Position numbers and translations under genes: made by a program. 63,798 nt of DNA from Bacteroidota bacterium (GTDB lineage: Bacteria; Bacteroidota; Bacteroidia; 2-12-FULL-35-15): contig JAZKBX010000100.1 of NCBI GenBank assembly GCA_040388455.1, forward strand, positions 1 through 63,798, read 5' to 3'. The first letter of the stretch is position 1, and each line of letters opens with the position of its first letter. The notes under the pieces are model-generated. The model made no database searches, was not told where the DNA came from, and was given only the letters and a program-made list of their open reading frames with translations. Shown piece after piece: positions 1 through 10,173 of the stretch.

Positions 1-725
1 CAACTGAAGAATAATATTGGAGCCTCCGGGTATAAGTATACCTGCTTTTAGTGGAAATTCACCAGGGAATATAATAGGAGAGGCACCGGGAGCATAACCA
101 CCAATACCTATCTCTCCTGGTGCATTGAAGCATTGTCCTGATAGGTCATCTGCAACTGTTCCGGTAGTATCAACGTTAACAATTACATGGTGCACAATTT
201 CGGGATTGCCCGGTATAATTTCGTAAGCCCTTAGTATCCTGTCTTCTGCAAGACCTGTAGGAATGGAAAAACAAACGTAACTGTCAGTTGAACCAGCATT
301 GCTTGCAAATGTAGGCATCTGTAAGGTGATGGTTGGAGTTCCAAGTAGTTTGTATTGTGATGTATAAACCGGACCAGCAGGTGCCAGCGTAGTATCACCA
401 GCGAGTGCACCACTGTTTACCCAACTAAGTATGTCATTTTTTTCGGCTTGCGTAATGGTTCGCTCATCCATAAAGCGGGAATAGGTGGTGTCGGGCGACC
501 AGGGCGGCATGTGACCGTCCTGCACGTGATATAGAATAGAAGCGGCAAACGTGGATGTTTGACTGAAGTTCATTAAAGGCATAGGTGCACCGCCTCCAAC
601 ATGATGACAAGAGGTACAATTGTTAAAGAATATCTGAGCAACATCCTTGTATACAAGCTGTGCTTTGGCTGAATAACTAAATACAATTACTGTCAGCATC
701 AAAAAAACAATGTAAAGTTTTTTCA
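1..725 (-). CDS. Secreted protein, N-terminal part only (gene runs off the left edge): signal peptide, CxxCH haem-c motif, copper type-II monooxygenase-like HH motif
   Basis: Absent from the ORF track because it is open at the window edge. Reverse translation from ATG (725-723) gives MKKLYIVFLMLTVIVFSYSAKAQ..FFNNCTSCHHVGG..HMPPWSPD..EIVHHVIVNV and stays open to position 1. Confidence 0.6.
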
Positions 726-1228
726 TATTTTTTTATTTAAAAATTTAAGAAAATGAAGCAGAAATAAGCATAACAAAAGTTGATTAAAACCTATATTGAA
801 AGCAAGGCATTCAATACAAAATAAAATAGTGTTAAGGTTATTTCTTTGCTAATGTAGAATAAAAAAAATAAAAAAGAAAACAAATCATTGTTTTTTTTGA
901 AAAAAAAGACTATCGATTAAGGGGCGCTCAAAAAGTGCTACTTAATTATAACCACATAGATTCATAGTTTAAAAGTATAAGAAGTTTTAAAAAAAGGTAC
1001 AGATAGTTTTTTTCTTCGCCTTTGACGAAAAAAACTATGAAAGCTATCCCACTTTCTCTCTAATTTTAATTCCTATGTCCCTATGTTGTTAATTTTGATG
1101 GATATTCTGTATTCGATGAAATAGCAATGTTTTTAACTTATTGAGGAAACTGTAGTTAATACCATTTAGTTAAGATGCCATCAAAGACTGTGGTCAGATT
1201 TTTTTCTTAAGTAAAGGACTTTGATTGA

Positions 1229-1834
1229 TCAGTTCTTAAGTTCAGAAAGCTGATTAGCCATAAGTTTGCCAATGTATTTCCCTAAAATATCAAATTCGAG
1301 GTTTACAACTGTTCCGGATCGGATCTCTTTGAAATTGGTATGTTCAAAAGTATAGGGTATGATACAAACTGAAAAAGAGTTGATCCTGGAATCTACAACC
1401 GTTAAACTCACGCCATTTACGCAAACTGAACCTTTTTCGACCGTTATATTATTTTGGGAGGCATCGTATTCAAAAGTATAGGTCCAGCTTCCCTGGGTTT
1501 CAATTACATTTTTGCAAACGGCTGTTTGATCCACATGTCCTTGAACAATGTGCCCATCCAGCCTGTCGCCAAGTTTCATGCAACGCTCTAAATTTACATG
1601 GTCGCCAATTTTCAGGAAACCCAAATTAGTTTTTTGGAGTGTTTCGGCAATAGCAGTAACTGTATATTCATCATTTTTAATGTCAACCACAGTAAGACAT
1701 ACCCCATTGTGAGCAATACTTTGATCAATTTTAAGTTCGGTTGTAAAACCTGATCGTATAGTGATGTGAAGATTGCTTTGTTCTTTGCGTAATGCAATTG
1801 CTTCACCTAAGCCTTCTATAATTCCTGAAAACAT
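1229..1834 (-). CDS. ribE: Riboflavin synthase alpha chain
   Basis: MFSGIIEGLG start, duplicated lumazine-binding half-domains, 201 aa. Confidence 0.9.
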   Translation of the reverse strand: MFSGIIEGLGEAIALRKEQSNLHITIRSGFTTELKIDQSIAHNGVCLTVVDIKNDEYTVTAIAETLQKTNLGFLKIGDHVNLERCMKLGDRLDGHIVQGHVDQTAVCKNVIETQGSWTYTFEYDASQNNITVEKGSVCVNGVSLTVVDSRINSFSVCIIPYTFEHTNFKEIRSGTVVNLEFDILGKYIGKLMANQLSELKN

Positions 1835-1919
1835 AAAAAATTTAATTTGATAATTTGATAATTTAACAATTTGAAAATTAATTTATCCATTTTCAAAATT
1901 AACATATTTTCAAATTAAA

Positions 1920-4613
1920 TTAATTGCTTGGTGAATTTTTTTCTTTGATGAGTTGGATAAAACCGTTCAACGTACGGGTTTTAATTCCATCAAATCGTAT
2001 TTCGTTAACGAGACATACATAAAAGTACGTTCCGTTGGAACAAGGCATTTTGGTGCTTTTGTTTTTGCCATCCCATAAAATATCAGGGTCTGTGGTTTCA
2101 AACATCAATAAGCCCCAGCGGTCGTATATTTTAATTTCAATATCCTTTACATACCGATAAGGCAATGGGGTGAAAATATCGTTTTGTCCATCCCCGTTAG
2201 GTGTAAACACATTTGGTAATTCGTAAACCGGGCAATTATCTACACATAAATTAGTAACAACGGGGCTTTCATTACCTGTGGAATCAACAGCTGTAACTGA
2301 ATAGCAGCCGGCAACGGATGGGACGCCTTCAAACAAATAGATGTGTGTAAAGGAGGTTGTATTTAAATCCGTTGAAGTGTATATCAATTCAGGTGTGCCA
2401 TCCTGTGTTGGTGAAAAATATACATTGTACTGTGCAGCATCAGTACTACAATAGGTGTTTGGGTTTGTCCATGAAACCACATTTTGAAAAAGATCACAAT
2501 TATTGGCTATTGTGAAATTCGGCTGACAAGGTGGCACAAGGTCGATCGGTTGATCACATTTTATTTGAGAGCTGTTGTATAAAGGGCGTGGCAATGCACT
2601 ATCGGAATATTGACCAACACTTACTATTTTGTAGCAATAGTTAATACCATTCACCAATCCGGTATCAATATAAGATGGAGTAATTGACGTATCAATTTTT
2701 ACAAAGGTTGATGATCCTACCGGTATTGCGCGGTAAATATCGTAGCGATAGTTGGTCCAAGGAACAAACTCCTGCCATGATAAATTAATTTTTTTATCAG
2801 CCGGGACTGTTGTTAAAAATACGGAAGAGGCGGTACTTGTAGAGCCTAAAAAGAGGTTGTTGGAATAAAAATCAACACGATACGTAAATGCTGAATCATG
2901 TGTATTTAAGCCCGTACTAATAAAACTCGAATCTGTTAACTGGTGGAAAGTAGGTTGAATATAACTTGCTACCTGCGCGAATGCTGTATTTGCGGGATTA
3001 AATCCCTGGGCCTGCATTAACCGGTATTCGTAAGGAGGAGGATTGCCAATGGTATCCAGATTTGTAGACGTGCCTAATGGCTTCACCCAACGTATCAATA
3101 TGCTATCATTTGTGCCGGTACTGATCACACTTACATTGGTGATGATCGGCACATCACGAACCAATTGTGCACAACTGTTTTGGGAGGCATAACTTTCGGA
3201 TCCATCAGAATAGTAGGCTATCACCACGTAGGAATAATCAACACCGTTTATTAAACCTTGTCCGCTATTATTATCAGTAAATGCTGTAATTGACGGAGGA
3301 GTAGAGCCAATTAAGGTATAGCCGGTATAAGCGGGAACACCTGTTTCGCAGGCATCCGGTATCCAAGGGGCGCAATTATCTTTTCGGTAAATTTTATAAC
3401 CAAGTAAAGGATTGCTTCCCAGTGTATCATTGCATGGTGCTGTGGTCCAATTAAGGAGCATACTGGATCCGCTTGGTACCGCAGTTAAGCCGGTAGGTGC
3501 GGGAGCAATAACTCTTATAAAAATAGATTCAAAATCAACCAGTGGAGTTGTAGGGTTGCTGTCGGTTGCTTTAAAAGTAACCAAATAAGGTAATAGTTGA
3601 ACCTGTGCACAGTTTGGATTCCAGTTGAACTGACCGGTTACAGGACTTAGAGATGGTGTAGATGAAAATGTTGCAGCAGGGTTCACCTGAAAAGGACCAC
3701 CTGTAGCATTTAATGTAACGATATTTAATTCAGCATCAGTAGCAGTAACTGTGAAATTCAAATTAGTACCCGCAGCAATACAGGTATCATTGATGTTTTC
3801 AATTTTTGGACCGGTGTTAGTACAAGCGGCTACATCAATTTGCATATCACGTAATATGGACCCAACGTAATAGTATTGATTATTATATGGGGATCTCCGG
3901 TATTCTTTAATTAAAATGGCGATATTATACTGGCAAACCATGGTGGGAGTACACCAAACCAGATCACCTTTAACGGGATCAATAGAACTCTCTGACATAT
4001 TAGGTGGAAAAGAATACCCGAAAATAGCCTGTCCATTGGCATAACAAGTGGTTAAGCTGTAATATAAACTATCGCCATCTGCATCAAAAGCTCCGGGATT
4101 GTGTTCAAAACATTCACCGGTGCATGCTTCATCAATTGGTGGGTTAAGGAGCGTAGGAGAGCTGTTTAAGCCTAACCATGGATTAATTACTAATTCTGTA
4201 CGAAGGAAAAACGATTGATCAACTGAATTGGGGATGTTACAAATTCCGGCATTACGGTTGGGATCCTCCATGGAGATGATGTAATTTCCATCTCCGGGGT
4301 AGGTATGAATTATTTCGTAAATATTTTTTTTGGTAAAGGTAACAATGGATTGTCCGTCAGCAGTATTACATAAAAGGGAAGGTCCATTAACGCGGGGGGC
4401 GATTGCGCTGTCGGCATCACCAAAACGTACTAACAGATCGCAACGGTCGGCCTGAGTTGTAAGAGGATTGGTATTGGTATAGGTAGTTACAATGATCTTA
4501 TAAGTTCTTCCTGATATATGCTGATAGGTGATCTCCCCTGCCCGATTGTGGGTTGCAAATGAATTGCTTATGCTAATAAGCAATATAATAATTAACAGGA
4601 GATTTTTTTTCAT
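1920..4613 (-). CDS. Large secreted surface protein with T9SS type-B (gliding-motility CHU_C-like) C-terminal sorting domain
   Basis: Signal peptide; repeated Ig/FN3-like segments; C-terminal PNVFTPNGDGQNDIF..IYDRWG motif. Confidence 0.8.
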   Translation of the reverse strand: MKKNLLLIIILLISISNSFATHNRAGEITYQHISGRTYKIIVTTYTNTNPLTTQADRCDLLVRFGDADSAIAPRVNGPSLLCNTADGQSIVTFTKKNIYEIIHTYPGDGNYIISMEDPNRNAGICNIPNSVDQSFFLRTELVINPWLGLNSSPTLLNPPIDEACTGECFEHNPGAFDADGDSLYYSLTTCYANGQAIFGYSFPPNMSESSIDPVKGDLVWCTPTMVCQYNIAILIKEYRRSPYNNQYYYVGSILRDMQIDVAACTNTGPKIENINDTCIAAGTNLNFTVTATDAELNIVTLNATGGPFQVNPAATFSSTPSLSPVTGQFNWNPNCAQVQLLPYLVTFKATDSNPTTPLVDFESIFIRVIAPAPTGLTAVPSGSSMLLNWTTAPCNDTLGSNPLLGYKIYRKDNCAPWIPDACETGVPAYTGYTLIGSTPPSITAFTDNNSGQGLINGVDYSYVVIAYYSDGSESYASQNSCAQLVRDVPIITNVSVISTGTNDSILIRWVKPLGTSTNLDTIGNPPPYEYRLMQAQGFNPANTAFAQVASYIQPTFHQLTDSSFISTGLNTHDSAFTYRVDFYSNNLFLGSTSTASSVFLTTVPADKKINLSWQEFVPWTNYRYDIYRAIPVGSSTFVKIDTSITPSYIDTGLVNGINYCYKIVSVGQYSDSALPRPLYNSSQIKCDQPIDLVPPCQPNFTIANNCDLFQNVVSWTNPNTYCSTDAAQYNVYFSPTQDGTPELIYTSTDLNTTSFTHIYLFEGVPSVAGCYSVTAVDSTGNESPVVTNLCVDNCPVYELPNVFTPNGDGQNDIFTPLPYRYVKDIEIKIYDRWGLLMFETTDPDILWDGKNKSTKMPCSNGTYFYVCLVNEIRFDGIKTRTLNGFIQLIKEKNSPSN

Positions 4614-4952
4614 TGACTAAATACTATTGACCTTAAACAAAACTCTAAATTACTAATTTTATTTTAAAAATCCTAAATAATATATATTTCCATGACCTTG
4701 GAAAATATAGGGCCAAAAAAGCCGAAAAGGTGAGGTTTTGTCCTTGATCGCTTACTCGATTAGGAGTGTTTTATCCTACCCGGTTTTATTCCCCTGACTT
4801 TTTATTCCTTCTTTAACCATACTTTGACGATAGAAAAATCTATGCCATCGAAAATCCAAAAATATCGGTTTTTGACCACAGTATATTTGCTACAGTAAAA
4901 CAGTTAAATAAAAAGTTTAATCAATTAAAAAATCAGTAAAAAAACAGAAAAA

Positions 4953-5513
4953 ATGAAAATGACAGCAAATAAAACAGCCGGAAAAGTTCAGGGGCATACC
5001 GAGGTTTACGGCACAGAAGAATCAAAATTATTGGAATTGTTCGAAGAGCAATTAAAAGATATGTATTGGGTTGAAAAAGCATTAGTAAAAGCGATTCCTA
5101 AAATACTAAAAAATGTAAGTTCGGAAGAATTAGTAGATGTAATTCAAGACCATTTGGATGAAACCGAATCAGAAGTGGGAAAAGTTGAAAGAGTATTTCA
5201 ATCTTTCGGTAAAAAGGCTGTTGCAACAAAATGTGAAGCAATGGAAGGGTTAATAAAAGAAGCGGAAGAGGTAATGAGATCATCTGATAAAGGTGCAATG
5301 CGCGATGCCGCAATTATTGCTGCCATACAAAAGATAGAGCATTATGAAATAGCTACTTACGGTACGTTAAGGTCATTTGCGCGAACCCTTGGTTTAACAG
5401 AAGCTGCCAGTTTATTGGAGGCGATTTTGAAAGAAGAAAAAGATGCTGATGAAAAATTAACTGAGATTGCCGTATCAACTGTTAATGTTAGTGCAATGAG
5501 TGAAGTAGAATAA
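4953..5513 (+). CDS. Ferritin-like DUF892 (YciE/YciF-type) stress protein
   Basis: MYWVEKALVKAIPK..IEHYEIATYGTL pattern. Confidence 0.7.
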   Translation: MKMTANKTAGKVQGHTEVYGTEESKLLELFEEQLKDMYWVEKALVKAIPKILKNVSSEELVDVIQDHLDETESEVGKVERVFQSFGKKAVATKCEAMEGLIKEAEEVMRSSDKGAMRDAAIIAAIQKIEHYEIATYGTLRSFARTLGLTEAASLLEAILKEEKDADEKLTEIAVSTVNVSAMSEVE

Positions 5514-5736
5514 TTAATTTGTGATTCAAGAATGTCACATTATTCTTTTTTTCTCTCTTGTTTTTGAAAATTCGATCGTGAATATGAAAAACATAAAGTA
5601 TCAGGAGAAAAAATGTTTTTGATCCAAATTCTGAAGTTAATGCAATGCCAAGTGATTCAATAGTTTTGGAGTTTGTTTTCAAATATTAAATTAAAACTGT
5701 AACACAATTTTAAATTAAAATTAAAAACCAAAAATC

Positions 5737-6315
5737 ATGAAAACTAAAAAAGTAAATGTTCTAATAACTGTCTGTATGTTTTCTGCAGCGGTGTTTACAA
5801 CAGCTTTTGCTCAAAAAGACAGCAAAAAAGTCGCAATTAAAGAAAACGAAGAAAAATTTGAGGATACAAAACTGGAGAAAGATGCAAAATTTGTGGTAGA
5901 GGCATGCGATGCAGGAATGTTCCAGGTAATGGCAAGTGAGCTTGCTAAAAGGAAATCTTCAACACAAATGGTAAAGGATCTGGCAGATAAGTTGATCAAA
6001 GATCATAGTCAATTTAATGCTGAACTTAAAAATGTTGCGAAGGATAGAAACATCACTATTCCTGAAAAGCTAAGTTTAAAATACCAACGAAAATTCGATA
6101 ATCTGAATGAAGAAACTGAAGATTTCGATCGTGTGTATACAAGGGTAATAGTAAATGATCATAAAGATATGATCGACATGTATGAAAAGGAAGCTGACAA
6201 AGGTGAAGTTGCAGAAATAAGATCATGGGCTTCTAAAAAGATCCCGACATTAAAACAGCACATGGAAATGGCTGAGAATGTCAGAGATAGTGTTAGAGAA
6301 GTTTCTGTTAAATAG
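5737..6315 (+). CDS. DUF4142 domain secreted protein
   Basis: Signal peptide; DAKFVVEA..G...E..L..LA; KDH..FN..L pattern. Confidence 0.65.
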   Translation: MKTKKVNVLITVCMFSAAVFTTAFAQKDSKKVAIKENEEKFEDTKLEKDAKFVVEACDAGMFQVMASELAKRKSSTQMVKDLADKLIKDHSQFNAELKNVAKDRNITIPEKLSLKYQRKFDNLNEETEDFDRVYTRVIVNDHKDMIDMYEKEADKGEVAEIRSWASKKIPTLKQHMEMAENVRDSVREVSVK

Positions 6316-6366
6316 CACCTGAAAAAGATCCAGTGACAATTATTAAGTGATGTTGATAATTGAAAT

Positions 6367-6398
6367 AAAAAAGGGTAGCCGAAAGGCTACCTTTTTTT
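6367..6398. terminator. Bidirectional rho-independent terminator between convergent genes
   Basis: A-run, GGGTAGCC-GAAA-GGCTACC hairpin, then a T7 run. Confidence 0.7.
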
Positions 6399-6450
6399 AT
6401 TTTAAAATGTGTTGTTCTTGAATTATATTTTGGGCTGTACACTATCCTAT

Positions 6451-7119
6451 TTAATAAATTAAAACCTCTGATTCAAGTTCAAGTTGATTGTCGACCTGTC
6501 TGATACCAGGTGCTGCGCAAGCTGCTTCTTCTGCGTCCATTTTTTCTGAGTAGGAACGTACGGTTCCGGTAAGGATCACTTTATCGCCTTTGGTTTCAAT
6601 GTTAATTTTATCTGCTTCAATTGTTGCGCTTCTTTGGAATGCTGCTTTGATCTTTTGTTTAATATCAATTATTTTAGTTTTCGGACTGATGGTGATCTTA
6701 TTGGTGATCCCTTTCACACCAATAAGGTATTTTACTGCATTTCGAGCCGCAATTCTCTGAAATTCCCATTCCAATGTCCCTTCCAGAGTTACCCAACCAT
6801 CTTCAACCATCACTTTAATTTTCTCAGATGAAAGTTGTGTGTTCCATTTAAGTGCATTTACAGCAGCCAGCGCAATTTCTGTATCGTTTCTTTTGCCCGA
6901 TTTTGCTATCGTAACATCTATATCCATTGCAACCGCTTTTACTCCTGAAATCCTTTTTGCAGCACTTTCTGCAGCTAATTTTTTTGAATACGTTCCTACT
7001 GTTCCGGAAAGCGTTACAATCCCATTCTTTACAGCCACACCTATTTCACTGATATTTAACATGGGTTCCCATTTAAGTTCTTCCATTACATCTTTTTGAA
7101 TTTCTGAATCTGTTTTCAT
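6451..7119 (-). CDS. BON-domain (OsmY-like) protein, three BON repeats
   Basis: Three repeats of the ..V.V.NG.VTL.G.V.. pattern. Confidence 0.8.
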   Translation of the reverse strand: MKTDSEIQKDVMEELKWEPMLNISEIGVAVKNGIVTLSGTVGTYSKKLAAESAAKRISGVKAVAMDIDVTIAKSGKRNDTEIALAAVNALKWNTQLSSEKIKVMVEDGWVTLEGTLEWEFQRIAARNAVKYLIGVKGITNKITISPKTKIIDIKQKIKAAFQRSATIEADKINIETKGDKVILTGTVRSYSEKMDAEEAACAAPGIRQVDNQLELESEVLIY

Positions 7120-7210
7120 TTTTTTAATTTTTTTTAATTGTTGTTAAATTATAATTCGGTTTATATAATAGACTTTATACAAGTTAATTCATTAAAGTAA
7201 CCAGTCGCAC

Positions 7211-7267
7211 TTTCTCGATAAGCTCGAAATAACCAACACGCGCAGCCATTTCGAGCTTATCGAGAAA
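7211..7267. repeat. Perfect 20-nt inverted repeat (TTTCTCGATAAGCTCGAAAT / ATTTCGAGCTTATCGAGAAA) with a 17-nt loop
   Basis: Read directly. Lies between the Hsp20 stop and the BON gene start. Resembles the CTCGACAAGCTCGAAATGAC-type intergenic words common in Bacteroidota. Confidence 0.8.
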
Positions 7268-7349
7268 ATTGTATGTAAGCATTTAAACTCTCAATTTCGT
7301 TGTAAACATTATAATGTATTTTAACTTATATAAAGTTTAATGATTTTTT

Positions 7350-7805
7350 TTAAGCGATCCGGATCTGTTTTTTTGATGCTGATTTACTTTCATTCATTTT
7401 TGGGATTGAAAGGCGAAGTAATCCATTTTCATATTTCGCATCGATCTTTTCGGGATTAGAATTTTCGGGAAGGGTGAACGAACGATATAGAGAATTGTAG
7501 GAAAATTCCCTCCTTTTGAAATTTGCTTTTTCTTCTTCTTTTTCTTCTTCTTTTTCAGCGCTTATAATAAGAACACCATTGTCTACTTCTATTTTAAAAT
7601 CTTTTTTCTCAAGGCCCGGAGCTGCCAATTCTACTGTATAATCCTTGTCGTTTTCTATAATATTTGCTTCGGGAATAACAAGTGGAACCTCAAGAAGGTT
7701 ATTATCCATATCAAAAATGCCTGTTCTGAAAAAAGAATTTGGTTCACATACATCACTCGATCTGCTTACAGAGAGTGGTTTTTTACTTTTTGTTAATGTT
7801 GTCAT
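7350..7805 (-). CDS. Hsp20/alpha-crystallin small heat-shock protein
   Basis: FKIEVDNGVLIISAE..F.R.F.LPE..D...I.A...NG.L.L.IPK. Confidence 0.9.
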   Translation of the reverse strand: MTTLTKSKKPLSVSRSSDVCEPNSFFRTGIFDMDNNLLEVPLVIPEANIIENDKDYTVELAAPGLEKKDFKIEVDNGVLIISAEKEEEKEEEKANFKRREFSYNSLYRSFTLPENSNPEKIDAKYENGLLRLSIPKMNESKSASKKQIRIA

Positions 7806-7899
7806 ATTAAATTTTTTAGATTAAAAATAAGTTTGAAAATTGGTATGCAAAATTAAATTTCAGATCATTAAATTAGAATGATTTTATCCAACAATAATG

Positions 7900-7913
7900 T
7901 TGATTGTAATCAT
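7900..7913 (-). promoter_or_regulatory. FNR/CRP-type box TTGAT-TGTA-ATCAT upstream of the Hsp20-BON genes
   Basis: 14-bp palindrome. Its centre is 58.5 nt from the G of a TTTG -7-like element (7848) on the minus strand. Confidence 0.5.
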
Positions 7914-8060
7914 CATTAACATTTGAAAAAATGTTGATTTTGCTGTTTGTTTTTTTGCCTGGTTTTGATAGGAGTGTACTGTTGAAGTTGTTGAGAATGT
8001 TGAGTTTAAAGTCGAATAAGTTAATTCTTCTTTTCTGATAATACCGCTTTGTGTTTTTTT

Positions 8061-8074
8061 TTGATGTAAATCAC
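8061..8074 (+). promoter_or_regulatory. FNR/CRP-type box TTGAT-GTAA-ATCAC upstream of the Met-rich protein gene
   Basis: Core TGAT-N4-ATCA. Its centre is 58.5 nt from the G of a perfect TAcaTTTG (8119-8126). Confidence 0.5.
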
Positions 8075-8162
8075 TGTTCCGCTTGATGGTTATTATTTCT
8101 TTTTAATTGTGGCTATTTTACATTTGTCGAAAAAAAAATTGTAAATCTAAAAATTCAACCAA

Positions 8163-8621
8163 ATGATACTAGTCGCCTCATCTCTTTCATTACTTACAAT
8201 AGTTGCCGGAATGTTTTTATACGCAAAAACTATTAAGGAGGGACTTAATCAGTTCTTTAAAATTGTTTCTCTTTTTATTATCATAGTCGGCTTTTTAAAT
8301 TTATTTGCGGGCAGTGCTTTTTTCATGATGAAGAAAATTTATATGGTTGGTGCTTATTATCACAATATGGGAGACCGTGGTTATGGACATCATGGAAATA
8401 AAATGAAAAAGCAAAAGTATATGCACATGAAGTATGATAACATGTGTGATGGGAATTATGAATGTAGAAGGAAAGCAATGTGCTGTAGTGAAATGAAGAT
8501 GATGGAAAACGATGATTGTTGCCCTTCAGGAATGGGGATGAATAGGATGATGAAGGATAAATCCTATTGTATGCCAGGTAAAATGATGATCAAAAAAGAT
8601 TCGGTCATTATGAAAAAATAA
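8163..8621 (+). CDS. Membrane-anchored Met/Cys/His-rich protein (putative Cu(I)-binding)
   Basis: Two N-terminal TM helices. By my count the last ~95 residues hold 18 Met, 7 Cys and 4 His (MCC, DDCC, GMGM, HH, MHM). Confidence 0.6.
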   Translation: MILVASSLSLLTIVAGMFLYAKTIKEGLNQFFKIVSLFIIIVGFLNLFAGSAFFMMKKIYMVGAYYHNMGDRGYGHHGNKMKKQKYMHMKYDNMCDGNYECRRKAMCCSEMKMMENDDCCPSGMGMNRMMKDKSYCMPGKMMIKKDSVIMKK

Positions 8622-8688
8622 TTGGAATTGAAATCTGTTTTCAGCTCCATTGTAAAAACAAATTAATTATATTTCTTATACTATAAAA

Positions 8689-9531
8689 ATGAAAAATTAT
8701 AAAATTTTATTACTGTCTCTTCCACTGTTGGTATTGTTTTCATGTGTAACAAAAAAGAAATATTATTCGCTTGATACTGAATATAAAAAAGTTCAGGCCA
8801 ATAATAGTAATTGTAATGATCAGCTAAAAAATGCTCAGGCATTAAACACTGATCTGACGAATCAAAAAATGTTGCTTACGGCACAGGTAGACTATTTGAA
8901 AAAGAATAGTACAGAGGTATTAAGTGCGTTACAGGATATGTCGGTATTGTCGTCAAAGCAAGCAGAAAGTGTAAAACAATCGTTGGAAAATATCTCTCAA
9001 AAGGATTCCTATATACGGGATCTTCAATCAGCTATTTCAAGAAAAGATTCTCTTAACATGCGATTGGTGATGAATTTGAAAAGCAATTTAAGTGATGTAA
9101 ATGATAAGGATATCAATATCAAAGTGGAGAAAGGTGTTGTCTATATTGATATTTCGGACAAAATGTTATTCAATACCGGTAAATTTGCTGTAACAGAAAA
9201 GGCAAAAGTAATATTGGGTAAAGTGGCCACGGTGTTGAATTCCTATCCCGAAATTGAGTTTTTAGTGGAAGGGCATACTGATTCAGTTCCTATTCAAAAT
9301 GCTTGTATGATGGACAATTGGGACCTGAGTGTAAAAAGGGCTACTTCTGTAGTTAGGATCCTTCAGAAAGAATATAACATGAATCCCTCCAGAATGACAG
9401 CTTCGGGACATAGTGAGTATGTGCCTGTTGCTTCTAACGATACCGAGGAAGGCAGAGCACTTAACCGCAGAACAAGAATTATTATTTTGCCGCAGTTGGA
9501 TCAGTTTTTTAAATTGTTATCTACTAAATAA
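8689..9531 (+). CDS. OmpA/MotB-family lipoprotein with a coiled-coil N-terminal region
   Basis: Lipobox LFSC; C-terminal OmpA_C pattern ..GHTD..P.....N..LS..RA..V......NRRT.I. Confidence 0.85.
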   Translation: MKNYKILLLSLPLLVLFSCVTKKKYYSLDTEYKKVQANNSNCNDQLKNAQALNTDLTNQKMLLTAQVDYLKKNSTEVLSALQDMSVLSSKQAESVKQSLENISQKDSYIRDLQSAISRKDSLNMRLVMNLKSNLSDVNDKDINIKVEKGVVYIDISDKMLFNTGKFAVTEKAKVILGKVATVLNSYPEIEFLVEGHTDSVPIQNACMMDNWDLSVKRATSVVRILQKEYNMNPSRMTASGHSEYVPVASNDTEEGRALNRRTRIIILPQLDQFFKLLSTK

Positions 9532-9600
9532 AAAGGATAAGAAGTAATTAGAATCAAATTTTATATTGTTCCAGATCATTTGATTTCCTTCATTTCCTTA

Positions 9601-9824
9601 GTAATTTTGTTATATCTTAATTGAGATTGTGTCCGATCAAATAGGTAATAGAAATAAGCATTTTAAAAGGTGCAAAACTAAAATCCGAACAACAGTATAA
9701 AAACTGTTTTTGATCAAGGAGTTGTTTTAATCAAGAAAAAGATTGGATAGAATAAACGTTTTAAAAGACCCTAAACTATCCTGAAACTTGACAGAGGTGA
9801 TGAATAATCGCCTCTGTTTTTTTT
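9601..9824 (+). ncRNA. Candidate ~210-225 nt small RNA, copy A (promoter- and terminator-bounded, no conserved ORF)
   Basis: TAatTTTG -7 element at 9602-9609. Ends in a 10-bp hairpin (9791-9817) followed by T8. Homologous throughout to 60027-60249. Confidence 0.55.
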
Positions 9825-9892
9825 GCAAAATTTTGCGGATCTTCAAAATGCAGGTTTTGTTGATGCGGGTTTTAGTTTTAATCTAAAGAATT

Positions 9893-10031
9893 CCCGAGGC
9901 TCTGCTTCGGGGGGCACGTTATCGTTTTCTTTTTTGCCACAGATTCCACAGATTAATTTGTGACAATTTGTGAAATCTGTGACAGCTTTATTATTCAAGT
10001 AACCCGATACCTCGAGGCTTTGTTTCGGGGG
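9893..10031. repeat. Composite REP/MITE-like intergenic element
   Basis: Two CGAGGCTYTGYTTCGGGG hairpin words (9893-9914, 10010-10031) flank CCACAGATTCCACAGATT and its inverted AATCTGTG partner (9937-9983). Confidence 0.6.
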
Positions 10032-10112
10032 TATTCATTTTAGAGAAATCCTCTGATTCCCTTTCCTTCACCACTCCGAAGCAATACCAATTTCAAAAAA
10101 AATATGAAAAAG

Positions 10113-10126
10113 ATGATTTTAATCAT
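10113..10126 (+). promoter_or_regulatory. FNR/CRP-type box ATGAT-TTTA-ATCAT upstream of the U32 operon
   Basis: Perfect palindrome half-sites 48 nt upstream of ATG 10174; weak -7 (cATTG, G at 10155, 35.5 nt). Confidence 0.55.
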
Positions 10127-10173
10127 TTTAATCCCGAATTATAAAGGCAACATTGCATAGTTAAAAACAAAAT

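Noticed and set aside
5520-5539. TGTGA-N10-TCACA palindrome downstream of the DUF892 gene as a CRP site
   Set aside because: The spacing (N10) does not fit CRP (N6) or the local regulon motif (N4). It is a single occurrence.
9840-10080. CRISPR array or tRNA in the repeat-rich gap before the U32 operon
   Set aside because: There are only two copies of a ~20-nt hairpin word with non-uniform spacing, plus a palindromic core. No cas genes are present, and there is no cloverleaf.
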